From: Pseudomonadota bacterium
Lineage (GTDB): Bacteria > Desulfobacterota > Desulfobacteria > Desulfobacterales > RPRI01
Assembly (NCBI GenBank): GCA_043825875.1
Contig: JBDRRF010000041.1
Span: forward strand, 35,888 to 99,887
Reading direction: 5' to 3'
Length of the DNA: 64,000 nucleotides
This document shows positions 40,062-48,890 of the stretch, in pieces. The first letter of the stretch is position 1. Each line of letters starts with the position of its first letter. The notes beneath the pieces were generated by a model. That model was not told the DNA's origin. It did no database searches and saw only the letters and a list, made by a program, of their open reading frames with translations. Made by a program: the position numbers and the translations under genes.

Positions 40062-41120
40062 TTAACGGTGGAAAGCTTCTCCTCCCCACACAGGAGGGGT
40101 CTCCGCCAAAGTGAGAATACCAGGTTTAGCTTCGATGACGTAAGGAACTGCGTGTATCGCATGCATGGCTGTTGCCAAACAGGCCTGGTCTGAATGAATT
40201 TCGCCGTGAATACCGATTTCAATTGTTGCGGATATTGAAGGAAGCCCTTCGATAATAATTGTCCAGTAACCATCGCCAACAGGCCACTGAGGTGCCAGTT
40301 CCGGGTCCATTCGCGTATAGTGCTGCATGATAATTCGTGGTTTTCCTTCCGATATGATCCGTGTACCGAAATTCATTGCTCCCACGGTTCCCTTCCGAAT
40401 TAAACCAGCTGCCACATTTAGATCCTTGTCGGCAAGAACGACATCGCGAAAGTTTTCTATTTTATCAATCTTAAGGCCGACGGTGTCAGCCACCAGCATT
40501 GCCGAATGTTTCCATACGTGGCCGACAATCTCAAGGTTGCTGAATAAGGGAGCTGTGTCATCGGGAGCATAACCAAACCCCATAAGGTCAAACATCTGGA
40601 ACTTACTCGGATATTTGTCATAATGAAATGTTTCATAAAAAATTAATCGATCAATACGGCTTGACAGCCTTGTCAGCAACAATGCCATGGATTCAGCCCC
40701 AAAGCCGGGAGCCACGCCAAGTCCATGAAAAGTACTGTGTCCTTGCTTACATGCATTCATTATACGTTGTTCAAATTCATCACCCATGGCTTTGGGATAA
40801 ATAAATTCAACCGATGTTGTAATAACATTTTTACCCGACGAAAGAAGATCACAGACATCGCGCAGGGCAGCCAAATTATCATTTTCCGCTCCAGCAAGGA
40901 AAAGCACACAATCTGCGTCCATATTAAAGATGGTTTCCCGGCTATTCGTTGCCTTAACACCCAGGTTGCGGGTGCCGCATATTTCACCCAGGTCTTTTCC
41001 AACTTTTTCTTTATTGTATACAAAGCTGCCGACAATTTCATATGCAGGCCTTTCCGCCATTGCCCTGGCAGCCATTTTAGCCATGTGCCCGGTTGCCCAT
41101 TGGATCACTCGATATGCCAT
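40062..41120 (-). CDS. NAD(P)H-dependent amine dehydrogenase family (2,4-diaminopentanoate dehydrogenase/DapB-like)
   Basis: RVIQWATG, KVGKDLGEICG, GKNVIT, GLGVAPGF, ATAMHAIHAVPYV..AKPGI. Confidence 0.82.
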   Translation of the reverse strand: MAYRVIQWATGHMAKMAARAMAERPAYEIVGSFVYNKEKVGKDLGEICGTRNLGVKATNSRETIFNMDADCVLFLAGAENDNLAALRDVCDLLSSGKNVITTSVEFIYPKAMGDEFEQRIMNACKQGHSTFHGLGVAPGFGAESMALLLTRLSSRIDRLIFYETFHYDKYPSKFQMFDLMGFGYAPDDTAPLFSNLEIVGHVWKHSAMLVADTVGLKIDKIENFRDVVLADKDLNVAAGLIRKGTVGAMNFGTRIISEGKPRIIMQHYTRMDPELAPQWPVGDGYWTIIIEGLPSISATIEIGIHGEIHSDQACLATAMHAIHAVPYVIEAKPGILTLAETPPVWGGEAFHR

Positions 41121-41154
41121 AATCCGCCTCCTTTGTTGGTTACTTCTTTAATGT

Positions 41155-43446
41155 CTATTTTCTCAAAGACCTAAAAGACCCTTTTTCTCCAAATTTACGG
41201 CAACTCCGGTGACCACAGGTTTTGCTGTCGTATATCTTTTCCACTTCCACGAGAACATCACAATAAGCGGCATTGGGTTCGAAAATCATAGCTTGCACCG
41301 GATTTATCATATCATGGGTCAATTCATTTATATGGCCTTCTATATACTGTTCAGGCCACCAGCCTTCATCAATATTGACCACACCCGGCTTAATATCCTC
41401 ACTCAGCGCTGCTTTTACTTTCACCTGTCCAAGGTTGTTGAAGACACGAACAATATCTCCATCCTTTAGGTTACGATACCCGGCATCTACCGGATTGATC
41501 TGAAGCATGGGTTCGGGATCATTTTTCATCAGAACAGGATAATTTCCCATCATTGTGTGAACCCGATACCGGGGATGGGATGTCAGAAGAGAAAGCGGGT
41601 ATTCTTTCGCCTTTTTGCTGTAAACGCTTTCTACCGGTTCTATGTAACACGGCAATTGCTGACCGGCTGTTTTCAGCCTCTCCAAATAGAATTCAACTCT
41701 ACCCGTTGGAGTTCTTAGTTTCTGAGCTTTATCAATTATTCTTTCCGGCACGGGCCCGGCTTTCAACCTCTCAAGAGAGATGCCTTCTAATAACGGATGA
41801 GGAGCAGCAAGAATTTCATCCAGATATTGCTCTTCCGATTTATTAAAGTACTCTCCCAAATCCATCTTTTTGGCCAGTTCGGCAGCTATCATAAAATCAG
41901 GTTTCGTCTCATATAAAGGCTCTATTACTTTTTGCTGTAAATGCATATGGTTTGTCCAGCTTAACAGACCATAGTGGAAATCAGTGCATTCAAAGGAAGA
42001 ACTTACGGGAAAGACATAATCTGCATATCTGGCCGTTTCAGTCATAAAAAGGTCGGAAACAACTATTAGTTCCAGTTGAGGAAACAGCTTTTCTATGATC
42101 CTTTTCCGGTTAGGAGACTGACTGACAAAATTATTGGATGCGAACCAGAGCGCTTTTATGGGAAAAGGTTTCTGAGAAGCGATCTGGTCGAAAACCGACA
42201 TTACAGGTATATTGGTACAACGTCCGGCCGGGTTGGTAAAACTACTGCTCATCTCAATAAAGGAGGTTGGTATATGCAGATTTAAGTTGCCGGTGATAGA
42301 TGCCAGTGTGCTTAGTGCCCGGCATGTCAAATCGCCATAAAACGTCCGCTGCAATCCCCAACCCCGATGGATAGAAGCAGGTTTTTTTATCGCATATTCA
42401 ATAGCCAGATTCCTGATAATATCGACCGCAATCTCAGTAATTCCAGATACCCTTTCCGGGGTATATTCTTTAACCATGTCAGCCAGCAACTGAAATGCCG
42501 GCCGGCATTCAATACTTCCTGCAAAGCAACTTCCGGTAAGCGAAGGTTTTACCCCTTGAGTATCAGCAACCTGTACTTCTCCGGTATTTGCATCAAGCAC
42601 CATAAATTTTTGTAAGCTGCCATCTTCTTTTATATCCTGCTCCCTAAGCAGCATACCGTTATCAATTCTCACCAGCAAAGGGCCTACAGTGCTTTCGGTT
42701 ATAAATTGTTTATCTTGCAGTTTTTTCTCCAGAATTATGTTAATCATCGACAATGCCAGCGCCGTATCGGTTCCGGGCCTTATGGGGATATACCAGTCTG
42801 CAGCTCTTGAAACTGTGTTTGTGCGGCGGGGATCAATAGCAACAACTTTACAGCCTTTCTTTTTTGATTCCATAATTTTGCGCATGCGCCGCCAATCGGT
42901 TACATCGGGATTCTGACCCCAAACAATTGTAAGTTTAGGATTTTCTACGCGGCTAAGATGAGCATCGCCAAACATACAGCCGAAGGTAGCAATATCGGCG
43001 CAGGGTGCAGCCGAATCTCCTAAGCCGACCAGGCTCACCCTGCTTCCCTTAAGCAGGCTTGCCAGCCGCAAATAGCCACCCGCTTTTAGTGTTTCAGGAT
43101 ATCCTTTAACGACCCATGCAATTGACCGGGATTCGTATCTTTGTGCAATCCGCCTGAATCTGCCTGCAATATCTTCCATGGCTTCATCCCAGGCAATTCG
43201 CTCCCACTTGCCTTCTCCCCGTTTTCCCACACGTTTTAAAGGATAACGAAGACGGTCCTTGTGATAAATCAATTCTGCGGCTGCAAGGCCTTTTTTGCAA
43301 GCACCACGGTCAGAAGAGCAGGGCATTTCAGCAGGGCTGATTTTGATAATAACACCATTCTCGACTTCAACGGATAATCCGCATGCGTATACATCCATTA
43401 CATTACATACCGTTTGAATCACCTTTTTTTCACTTGCTTCATTCAT
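41155..43446 (-). CDS. Molybdopterin (bis-PGD) oxidoreductase, paralogue of 36827-39037
   Basis: Same motifs as the paralogue; ATG at 43446. Confidence 0.92.
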   Translation of the reverse strand: MNEASEKKVIQTVCNVMDVYACGLSVEVENGVIIKISPAEMPCSSDRGACKKGLAAAELIYHKDRLRYPLKRVGKRGEGKWERIAWDEAMEDIAGRFRRIAQRYESRSIAWVVKGYPETLKAGGYLRLASLLKGSRVSLVGLGDSAAPCADIATFGCMFGDAHLSRVENPKLTIVWGQNPDVTDWRRMRKIMESKKKGCKVVAIDPRRTNTVSRAADWYIPIRPGTDTALALSMINIILEKKLQDKQFITESTVGPLLVRIDNGMLLREQDIKEDGSLQKFMVLDANTGEVQVADTQGVKPSLTGSCFAGSIECRPAFQLLADMVKEYTPERVSGITEIAVDIIRNLAIEYAIKKPASIHRGWGLQRTFYGDLTCRALSTLASITGNLNLHIPTSFIEMSSSFTNPAGRCTNIPVMSVFDQIASQKPFPIKALWFASNNFVSQSPNRKRIIEKLFPQLELIVVSDLFMTETARYADYVFPVSSSFECTDFHYGLLSWTNHMHLQQKVIEPLYETKPDFMIAAELAKKMDLGEYFNKSEEQYLDEILAAPHPLLEGISLERLKAGPVPERIIDKAQKLRTPTGRVEFYLERLKTAGQQLPCYIEPVESVYSKKAKEYPLSLLTSHPRYRVHTMMGNYPVLMKNDPEPMLQINPVDAGYRNLKDGDIVRVFNNLGQVKVKAALSEDIKPGVVNIDEGWWPEQYIEGHINELTHDMINPVQAMIFEPNAAYCDVLVEVEKIYDSKTCGHRSCRKFGEKGSFRSLRK

Positions 43447-43454
43447 GACAAATA

Positions 43455-44513
43455 CTATAAAGCTCCGCTTTCCAAGGGCATGGCGCTCCGGCCCCATTCC
43501 AGATAGGTCATTACATCCTTGATCTCAATCTTTCTTCCATCGGGGAAAAAAGCATGACCATTGGAGCGCACCAGAAACCCGTGACGTATAGTGTAGCCTT
43601 TACGAGTCATGACACAAAAAGAACCCCGTCCTCCGGCAACCATGTTCATGTCTACAACTCCACCCGCCGAGTTCAGGTTGACATGCCACCGGATTGGGAT
43701 TTGCATGCCAGTCTTGGGGTCAGGCCACCATTCCAGTTCGTCTATGGCGATCTCACCCTTACCGAAGGGAATCCCTTGACCATCAACATAAACTCGACCA
43801 TACTCCATGCCTGAACCACGCTGCCTCCAGATGTAGGTCTGGATCGTGTCGTCAATAGCCCATATATAGTAGTATGGATCGACCATATTTTTCATATGAT
43901 CATAGGTCTCGCCAAAAGTGATCAAATCGTGAGCGGCATAAGCCTTATCGAAGGTATATTTTTTGCCGCCAACGGTTATCGTGCCTTCAGCCCAGCACTG
44001 TTGCTCATAACCCGCCCAAAGCGTTTTCTTTAAATCGGACAATGGCCCGTAAACACGGGTGGCGTTTCCCATTCCCCCTGCTATAAGGTCGCACTCAATT
44101 CCCATGTGCTCACCCTTTACTTCCCAGTAGGGAGGATGGTTGATGAATATGCGGTTCCCGTTTTTCCATACCACCCTGTCGCTTTCCGGCGTAATTTGAA
44201 TATCGCCTGGCCACTCTCTGGCATCCTGACGGTTGCCGATGTAGTCGTTATCATGCATCTGGTATCTTTCGTCATGGGGAATCATCTGAAAAGTAGTATG
44301 TCCGATATTTGCCCTGTCGACCATCCATTTTCCTTTTGGACCGCCTCCGACATGCCAGTTAATGGTTACCAGACACATGTCATAGCCCTGGGCTTCACCC
44401 ATAAACAGCGTACCATTAATCTCCATAAAATCCTTACCGGGAGGCAAATCCGCAACATGGCTTGTGTCCTCATACAATTGAACATCACTGATGCCTTTTC
44501 TTTTCGTTTCCAT
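43455..44513 (-). CDS. Uncharacterised CrtC/AttH-like protein, paralogue 2 of 3
   Basis: ATG at 44513 with GGAGG RBS; colinear with 926-1999. Confidence 0.7.
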   Translation of the reverse strand: METKRKGISDVQLYEDTSHVADLPPGKDFMEINGTLFMGEAQGYDMCLVTINWHVGGGPKGKWMVDRANIGHTTFQMIPHDERYQMHDNDYIGNRQDAREWPGDIQITPESDRVVWKNGNRIFINHPPYWEVKGEHMGIECDLIAGGMGNATRVYGPLSDLKKTLWAGYEQQCWAEGTITVGGKKYTFDKAYAAHDLITFGETYDHMKNMVDPYYYIWAIDDTIQTYIWRQRGSGMEYGRVYVDGQGIPFGKGEIAIDELEWWPDPKTGMQIPIRWHVNLNSAGGVVDMNMVAGGRGSFCVMTRKGYTIRHGFLVRSNGHAFFPDGRKIEIKDVMTYLEWGRSAMPLESGAL

Positions 44514-44577
44514 TGCTTTACCCTCCTTTTTAATAATTATTTTATACATTCACTCTGCAAAATATTTTATTACATCT

Positions 44578-45876
44578 TTACGAGACAGCCGCTTGTTGAC
44601 TTCCACCTGTCAAACTTTTCGGAGGTTTGGTGAAGTATATAATAATACTGGAAATGAATGCCAAAGCCGCTGAACCGGCAAACACGGTATAATAACTTCC
44701 CTGGGCGTCATATACCAATCCGGCTAAATACGGGGCCGAAGCTCCGAAAAGCTGAACGATAGGAAAGAGTATTCCCATAATGGCCGCGAACGAGTTAGAG
44801 CCGAAATAATTACCGAGCAACGTAGGCCAGCAGATCGATGCAGCACCTACTCCAACTCCGACAAATATTGAAAACAGATAGATATTGTACACACTCCTGG
44901 CATCAAGAAAGCAAAGTATGCCTATCGCCTCGAGCACAAGCCCAACAGCCCAGATATAACGGGGCTCAAACCGATCTGCCAAAACTCCGCCGAGCATCCT
45001 TCCGCCAAGACTGAAAAGCATGTAATAACTCATAGCCATGGCCGATATACCGGCAGGGTGCCCCATATCCCGTAAATAAATGACAGCATGGGCAATAAAG
45101 ATCATCATCGGTCCCACAAAGGCTAAGGAAGAAATAAAGAGCATCCAGAAGGTAAGAGTTTTTATCGCATCCATCGCTTTCCATTCTTCAGTGCTGCAAA
45201 ATACTTTTCCTGCTCCGGCTTTTTTAACACCGTCAGCCGGGGCAGGTTCCTCATGCTCATCTACACCATCCTGGAGTAATCCCATATCGGAGGGCTTGTT
45301 TTTTACAAAGAAAAACATCAAAATGAAGGAGAGCACCAGCAAGCCTGTAATGAAAAACCAGGCAACCCGCCAATCTCCGTTAACCGAAGAAATGATCTTA
45401 TTTAATAAGGGTGGAGCAATTAATCCACCCAGACTGCCTATCGTAACAGCAATGGACATAGCCAGCGCCTTTTTTTTCCTGAACCAAAAGGTAACTCCGG
45501 CCTGTACCGGTATCAAGCCGCCGAATCCGCAGCCGACTCCCACAATCACACCAAAAACGGCGATATAATGCCAGCCTTTGCTAACCACCGTGGCCATTAA
45601 GAAAGATCCGACTATCAGCAGCAGACAACCGAAAATCAATGTTAACCTGATCCCTTTTTTACCGATGCTATAACCAATAATCGGTGATATTAGCCCACTT
45701 AAGAGCCCACAAACGGTAAATCCGAGTCCAAGAGTGCCTCGCCCTAAATGAAGGGATTCGGCCATGTAAGTATTCATAACACTGGCCCCGATGAACGGGA
45801 AACCGGCATCTATCAAATAAATTATCCCCAAAACGGGAACCAGAATCCAACCGTAAAATATCTTATCTTTGGCCAA
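44578..45876 (-). CDS. MFS transporter
   Basis: About 12 TM segments, IFYGW start, WFRKKKALAM, GGVLADRF; TTG start after AGGAGG. Confidence 0.92.
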   Translation of the reverse strand: MAKDKIFYGWILVPVLGIIYLIDAGFPFIGASVMNTYMAESLHLGRGTLGLGFTVCGLLSGLISPIIGYSIGKKGIRLTLIFGCLLLIVGSFLMATVVSKGWHYIAVFGVIVGVGCGFGGLIPVQAGVTFWFRKKKALAMSIAVTIGSLGGLIAPPLLNKIISSVNGDWRVAWFFITGLLVLSFILMFFFVKNKPSDMGLLQDGVDEHEEPAPADGVKKAGAGKVFCSTEEWKAMDAIKTLTFWMLFISSLAFVGPMMIFIAHAVIYLRDMGHPAGISAMAMSYYMLFSLGGRMLGGVLADRFEPRYIWAVGLVLEAIGILCFLDARSVYNIYLFSIFVGVGVGAASICWPTLLGNYFGSNSFAAIMGILFPIVQLFGASAPYLAGLVYDAQGSYYTVFAGSAALAFISSIIIYFTKPPKSLTGGSQQAAVS

Positions 45877-45894
45877 AGTATTCCTCCTTCTCAA

Positions 45895-47427
45895 TTACTT
45901 TTCAATTTGCTTCTGCAAGATAAGTTTACTAGCCTGCATAGCCGAGTTGGCACCGATATCGGCAAACGTTCCATCAACTTCAACAGTATTGCCGACAAAA
46001 TAGAGTCCTTCAACTCCGGGTGCTTCTATAGGACTGCGGCGCATGGGCAGCCAGGTGTTGCCGGTTCCCCACACTTTTGGCCATTGGTAATTCTCCCATT
46101 CAATAATTTCGTCAAGATCCGAGTAGTAGCGGCGCATGTAATCCATCAGGGCGACCGCATCGGCTTTTGAAGATGCAAAATTACCGTGAACCTTAGTGGT
46201 TCCGTTGAGACACAATAAATGCTTGCCCTTTGGTGCGGCTTTTTTGGAACTAAGCGATGGAATACTCCAGCCAATGGTTTTATCAAAAAGAACCTGATTA
46301 TAGCCTATGTACTGATCGGTTTTTCCAGTAGCTCTTATAGTTGGCAGGCGACTGATGCCAATGTTTTTACACCAGAAATCACCTACGTACCCAGTTTCCA
46401 GCTTCCGCGCATTTTTAACCATATCTGCGGGAAAGAGGCTTTCATTGATAACACTGAGGATATCCCAGAAGGGTTCGGAATAAACAACCACAGGGGCTTG
46501 AAATTCCTGAACGATATTAATTTTATCCCGGGCTACAACACCGGTAATCTTTTTATCCTGTGTTGTTATCTCAACAGTTTCAAGTCCTGTCTTGATTTCA
46601 CCACCGTGCTTTCTTATGACCCTGGCATAAGCTTCAGCCAATCCTTGCAGACCGCCAACCTTGGAATCATTTATCCTGTATAGCCGTTGCGGATTTCTAA
46701 ACATCTGAATCCAGCGACCGGTTGAGGTTTCTTCAAGCGGCAAGGCAAGATGTACTATAGCCAGCCAGTAAATAGCTTTATCAAACGCTTCATCCCTGTC
46801 TTTAACAGTGGCCAGCCATTCTTTCATTGGAACATCTATCCATTTTTCAGGATCTTCCGCTGCCAATCTATTTAATATCCCCGTGACCTTGGTTGTCTGT
46901 TCGGGAGTAAGTTTAAGCACCTCAGTAAAAAATTTCTTTCCTCCCTCAGCATCCGCATCCATTCGCACAACTTTTCCATCTGAAACATTGTGCATCAGCA
47001 CCAGAGGATCGATCGGACCGACCCAGGCAACATCTGCACCGGCTTCTTTGGCTGCTTTAAGACCATATTGCCCTTTTTCCGTGATAATAACAAAATTGTC
47101 TTCAAAATCACTGGCATCACGGGGCCCCCATTCGAGCCAGTATCCGTTATAGTAAACAGCCCCTAAGCGTCCTCCTATCTGATCCGCTTTTTCTACTACC
47201 AAAACCTTGAGTCCGTTTTTTGCCAGAATTGCTCCGGAAATAAGACCGCTATATCCTGCACCAACCACAATAGCATCATACTTGACTACCTTTGCACCCA
47301 GCTTGGCTACCGACGATTTCATCTTTTTAGTTTCGGCCAAAACCGTACCGGAACTAAAAAGCAAAACAGCTATCACAACAAACGACCACCCCAGCCAATC
47401 TAATGCTCTTATCCATTTTGCTTTCAT
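45895..47427 (-). CDS. FAD-dependent oxidoreductase, phytoene desaturase-like, with N-terminal signal peptide
   Basis: YDAIVVGAGYSGL...VVEK..QIGGR, APKGKHLL, GLYFVG; Sec-type leader ending VLA. Confidence 0.8.
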   Translation of the reverse strand: MKAKWIRALDWLGWSFVVIAVLLFSSGTVLAETKKMKSSVAKLGAKVVKYDAIVVGAGYSGLISGAILAKNGLKVLVVEKADQIGGRLGAVYYNGYWLEWGPRDASDFEDNFVIITEKGQYGLKAAKEAGADVAWVGPIDPLVLMHNVSDGKVVRMDADAEGGKKFFTEVLKLTPEQTTKVTGILNRLAAEDPEKWIDVPMKEWLATVKDRDEAFDKAIYWLAIVHLALPLEETSTGRWIQMFRNPQRLYRINDSKVGGLQGLAEAYARVIRKHGGEIKTGLETVEITTQDKKITGVVARDKINIVQEFQAPVVVYSEPFWDILSVINESLFPADMVKNARKLETGYVGDFWCKNIGISRLPTIRATGKTDQYIGYNQVLFDKTIGWSIPSLSSKKAAPKGKHLLCLNGTTKVHGNFASSKADAVALMDYMRRYYSDLDEIIEWENYQWPKVWGTGNTWLPMRRSPIEAPGVEGLYFVGNTVEVDGTFADIGANSAMQASKLILQKQIEK

Positions 47428-47528
47428 TCTTTTCTCCTTTTATAATTTAAAATATCATCTGTTGTTTAAACAAACACAGGTTTATATTTTACCGGTTGAA
47501 ATGCTCAATATACATCTGAAAGCTTTCT

Positions 47529-48854
47529 TCAGCGGGGAGGAAAACCGCGACTAACGCACAAGGTTTGAAAATAGCGGGGCAGAATCTGCTGATATTCAAG
47601 CAGGCTCAAGTCGCTGGCTTTGACATACTCACTTGCTTCTTCCAGCACTTTCTCCGGGTCCCCGGTTAAAAGATATTTTTTTACTTTATCCTCATGATGA
47701 ATGCCCATGGCCTCGGCAACAAGACTGATAGTATGCTTGATCTCAAAAGGGTATTGATTTTCATAGCCGCAGAAAGCAAGCTGGCAACCGGGACAGATCG
47801 TTGTCATAATATCAGCGCGCACAGCCATCGCTTCATTCAATCGGGCAATGTTTCTTTCAACCATCAAACCGGGAAAGTTGGCGTTGGCCTGAGCACCACA
47901 ACAAAGGCTATTTTCTCTGCTGTGCTCCATCTCTACTAGTGTCAGACCGGGTATTGCTTCAAGCAGTTTGCGTGGTATATCCCAGCTGCCCCTCTGTCGC
48001 TGGCTGCATGCATCGTGAATTGTAACCTTCTTATTGAGTGGATGAGTAAAGTGCAGCTTGTCTATATTGTCGGCTAAAAATTCTGTGATATGAATAGTTT
48101 CAAATGGAATCCGGGTGAAATTTGAAAGCATATCATTAACTACAACACTGCATGCCGGACACATTGCAATAACTTTCTTGGAGCCGAATTTTGCCATGGT
48201 TGAAATATATTTTTCGGAAACTCTTGAGACATCTTTCATATTTCCCAAAAGAAGAGGTGTTCCGCCACAACAAAGATCACGGGCACCAATAGCTGCGAAA
48301 TTAATTTTCATGCTACTCAGTATATCCATGGTTTCAAGCACCAGGTTAGGAAAGCCCCGACCGACACAACTCGTAAAAAGAACTACATCGACGGCTGCCG
48401 GTTCTAATGGTACTTCTGTAAGCCATGGAACTTCCGATTTCTTCATTTGCAGGTCACCGAAAACATGACCGAAATTATAGCGGTGTTCTGCCAGGTGCAT
48501 AAAAGACAAGGGCGGCAAGCCTTCACCCGCTGCCCGAAGCCGCTGTCCGGCAACCATAAAAGCCTGCTGCATATTCAGATCCTTAGGACATGCCGGTTTG
48601 CATATATTGGTACACCCCATCAAGCAGCCATATCCCATCTTATAAGCCTCTTCCGAAGATGCCCCCCCTTTTAACAAATCAACGATTTTTTCCATTACTT
48701 CTGCCGGATTTTTATCATTCAGCTCAAGCTTTGGATCGTTAAATGAGGGGCAGGCTTCGAGGCATTGACCACAAAGTGTGCACTCTTCCACGAAATACTT
48801 TGCACCTTGTTCAAAAGCTTCCGCCAATGATGAAGATTGTTTGTTTTGTTCCAT
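47529..48854 (-). CDS. HdrD/GlpC-like Fe-S oxidoreductase (ferredoxin domain + 2 CCG domains)
   Basis: CTLCGQCLEACP, CLMGCTNICKPACP, CCG...CPAC, HDAC...CCG...CPGC. Confidence 0.88.
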   Translation of the reverse strand: MEQNKQSSSLAEAFEQGAKYFVEECTLCGQCLEACPSFNDPKLELNDKNPAEVMEKIVDLLKGGASSEEAYKMGYGCLMGCTNICKPACPKDLNMQQAFMVAGQRLRAAGEGLPPLSFMHLAEHRYNFGHVFGDLQMKKSEVPWLTEVPLEPAAVDVVLFTSCVGRGFPNLVLETMDILSSMKINFAAIGARDLCCGGTPLLLGNMKDVSRVSEKYISTMAKFGSKKVIAMCPACSVVVNDMLSNFTRIPFETIHITEFLADNIDKLHFTHPLNKKVTIHDACSQRQRGSWDIPRKLLEAIPGLTLVEMEHSRENSLCCGAQANANFPGLMVERNIARLNEAMAVRADIMTTICPGCQLAFCGYENQYPFEIKHTISLVAEAMGIHHEDKVKKYLLTGDPEKVLEEASEYVKASDLSLLEYQQILPRYFQTLCVSRGFPPR

Positions 48855-48890
48855 AATTCTATCTCCTTCATATTTTACAAAAATTCTTTA

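Noticed and set aside
43455..47427. Carotenoid biosynthesis (CrtI-like plus CrtC-like genes)
   Set aside because: No phytoene synthase or prenyltransferase is present, and the context is catabolic
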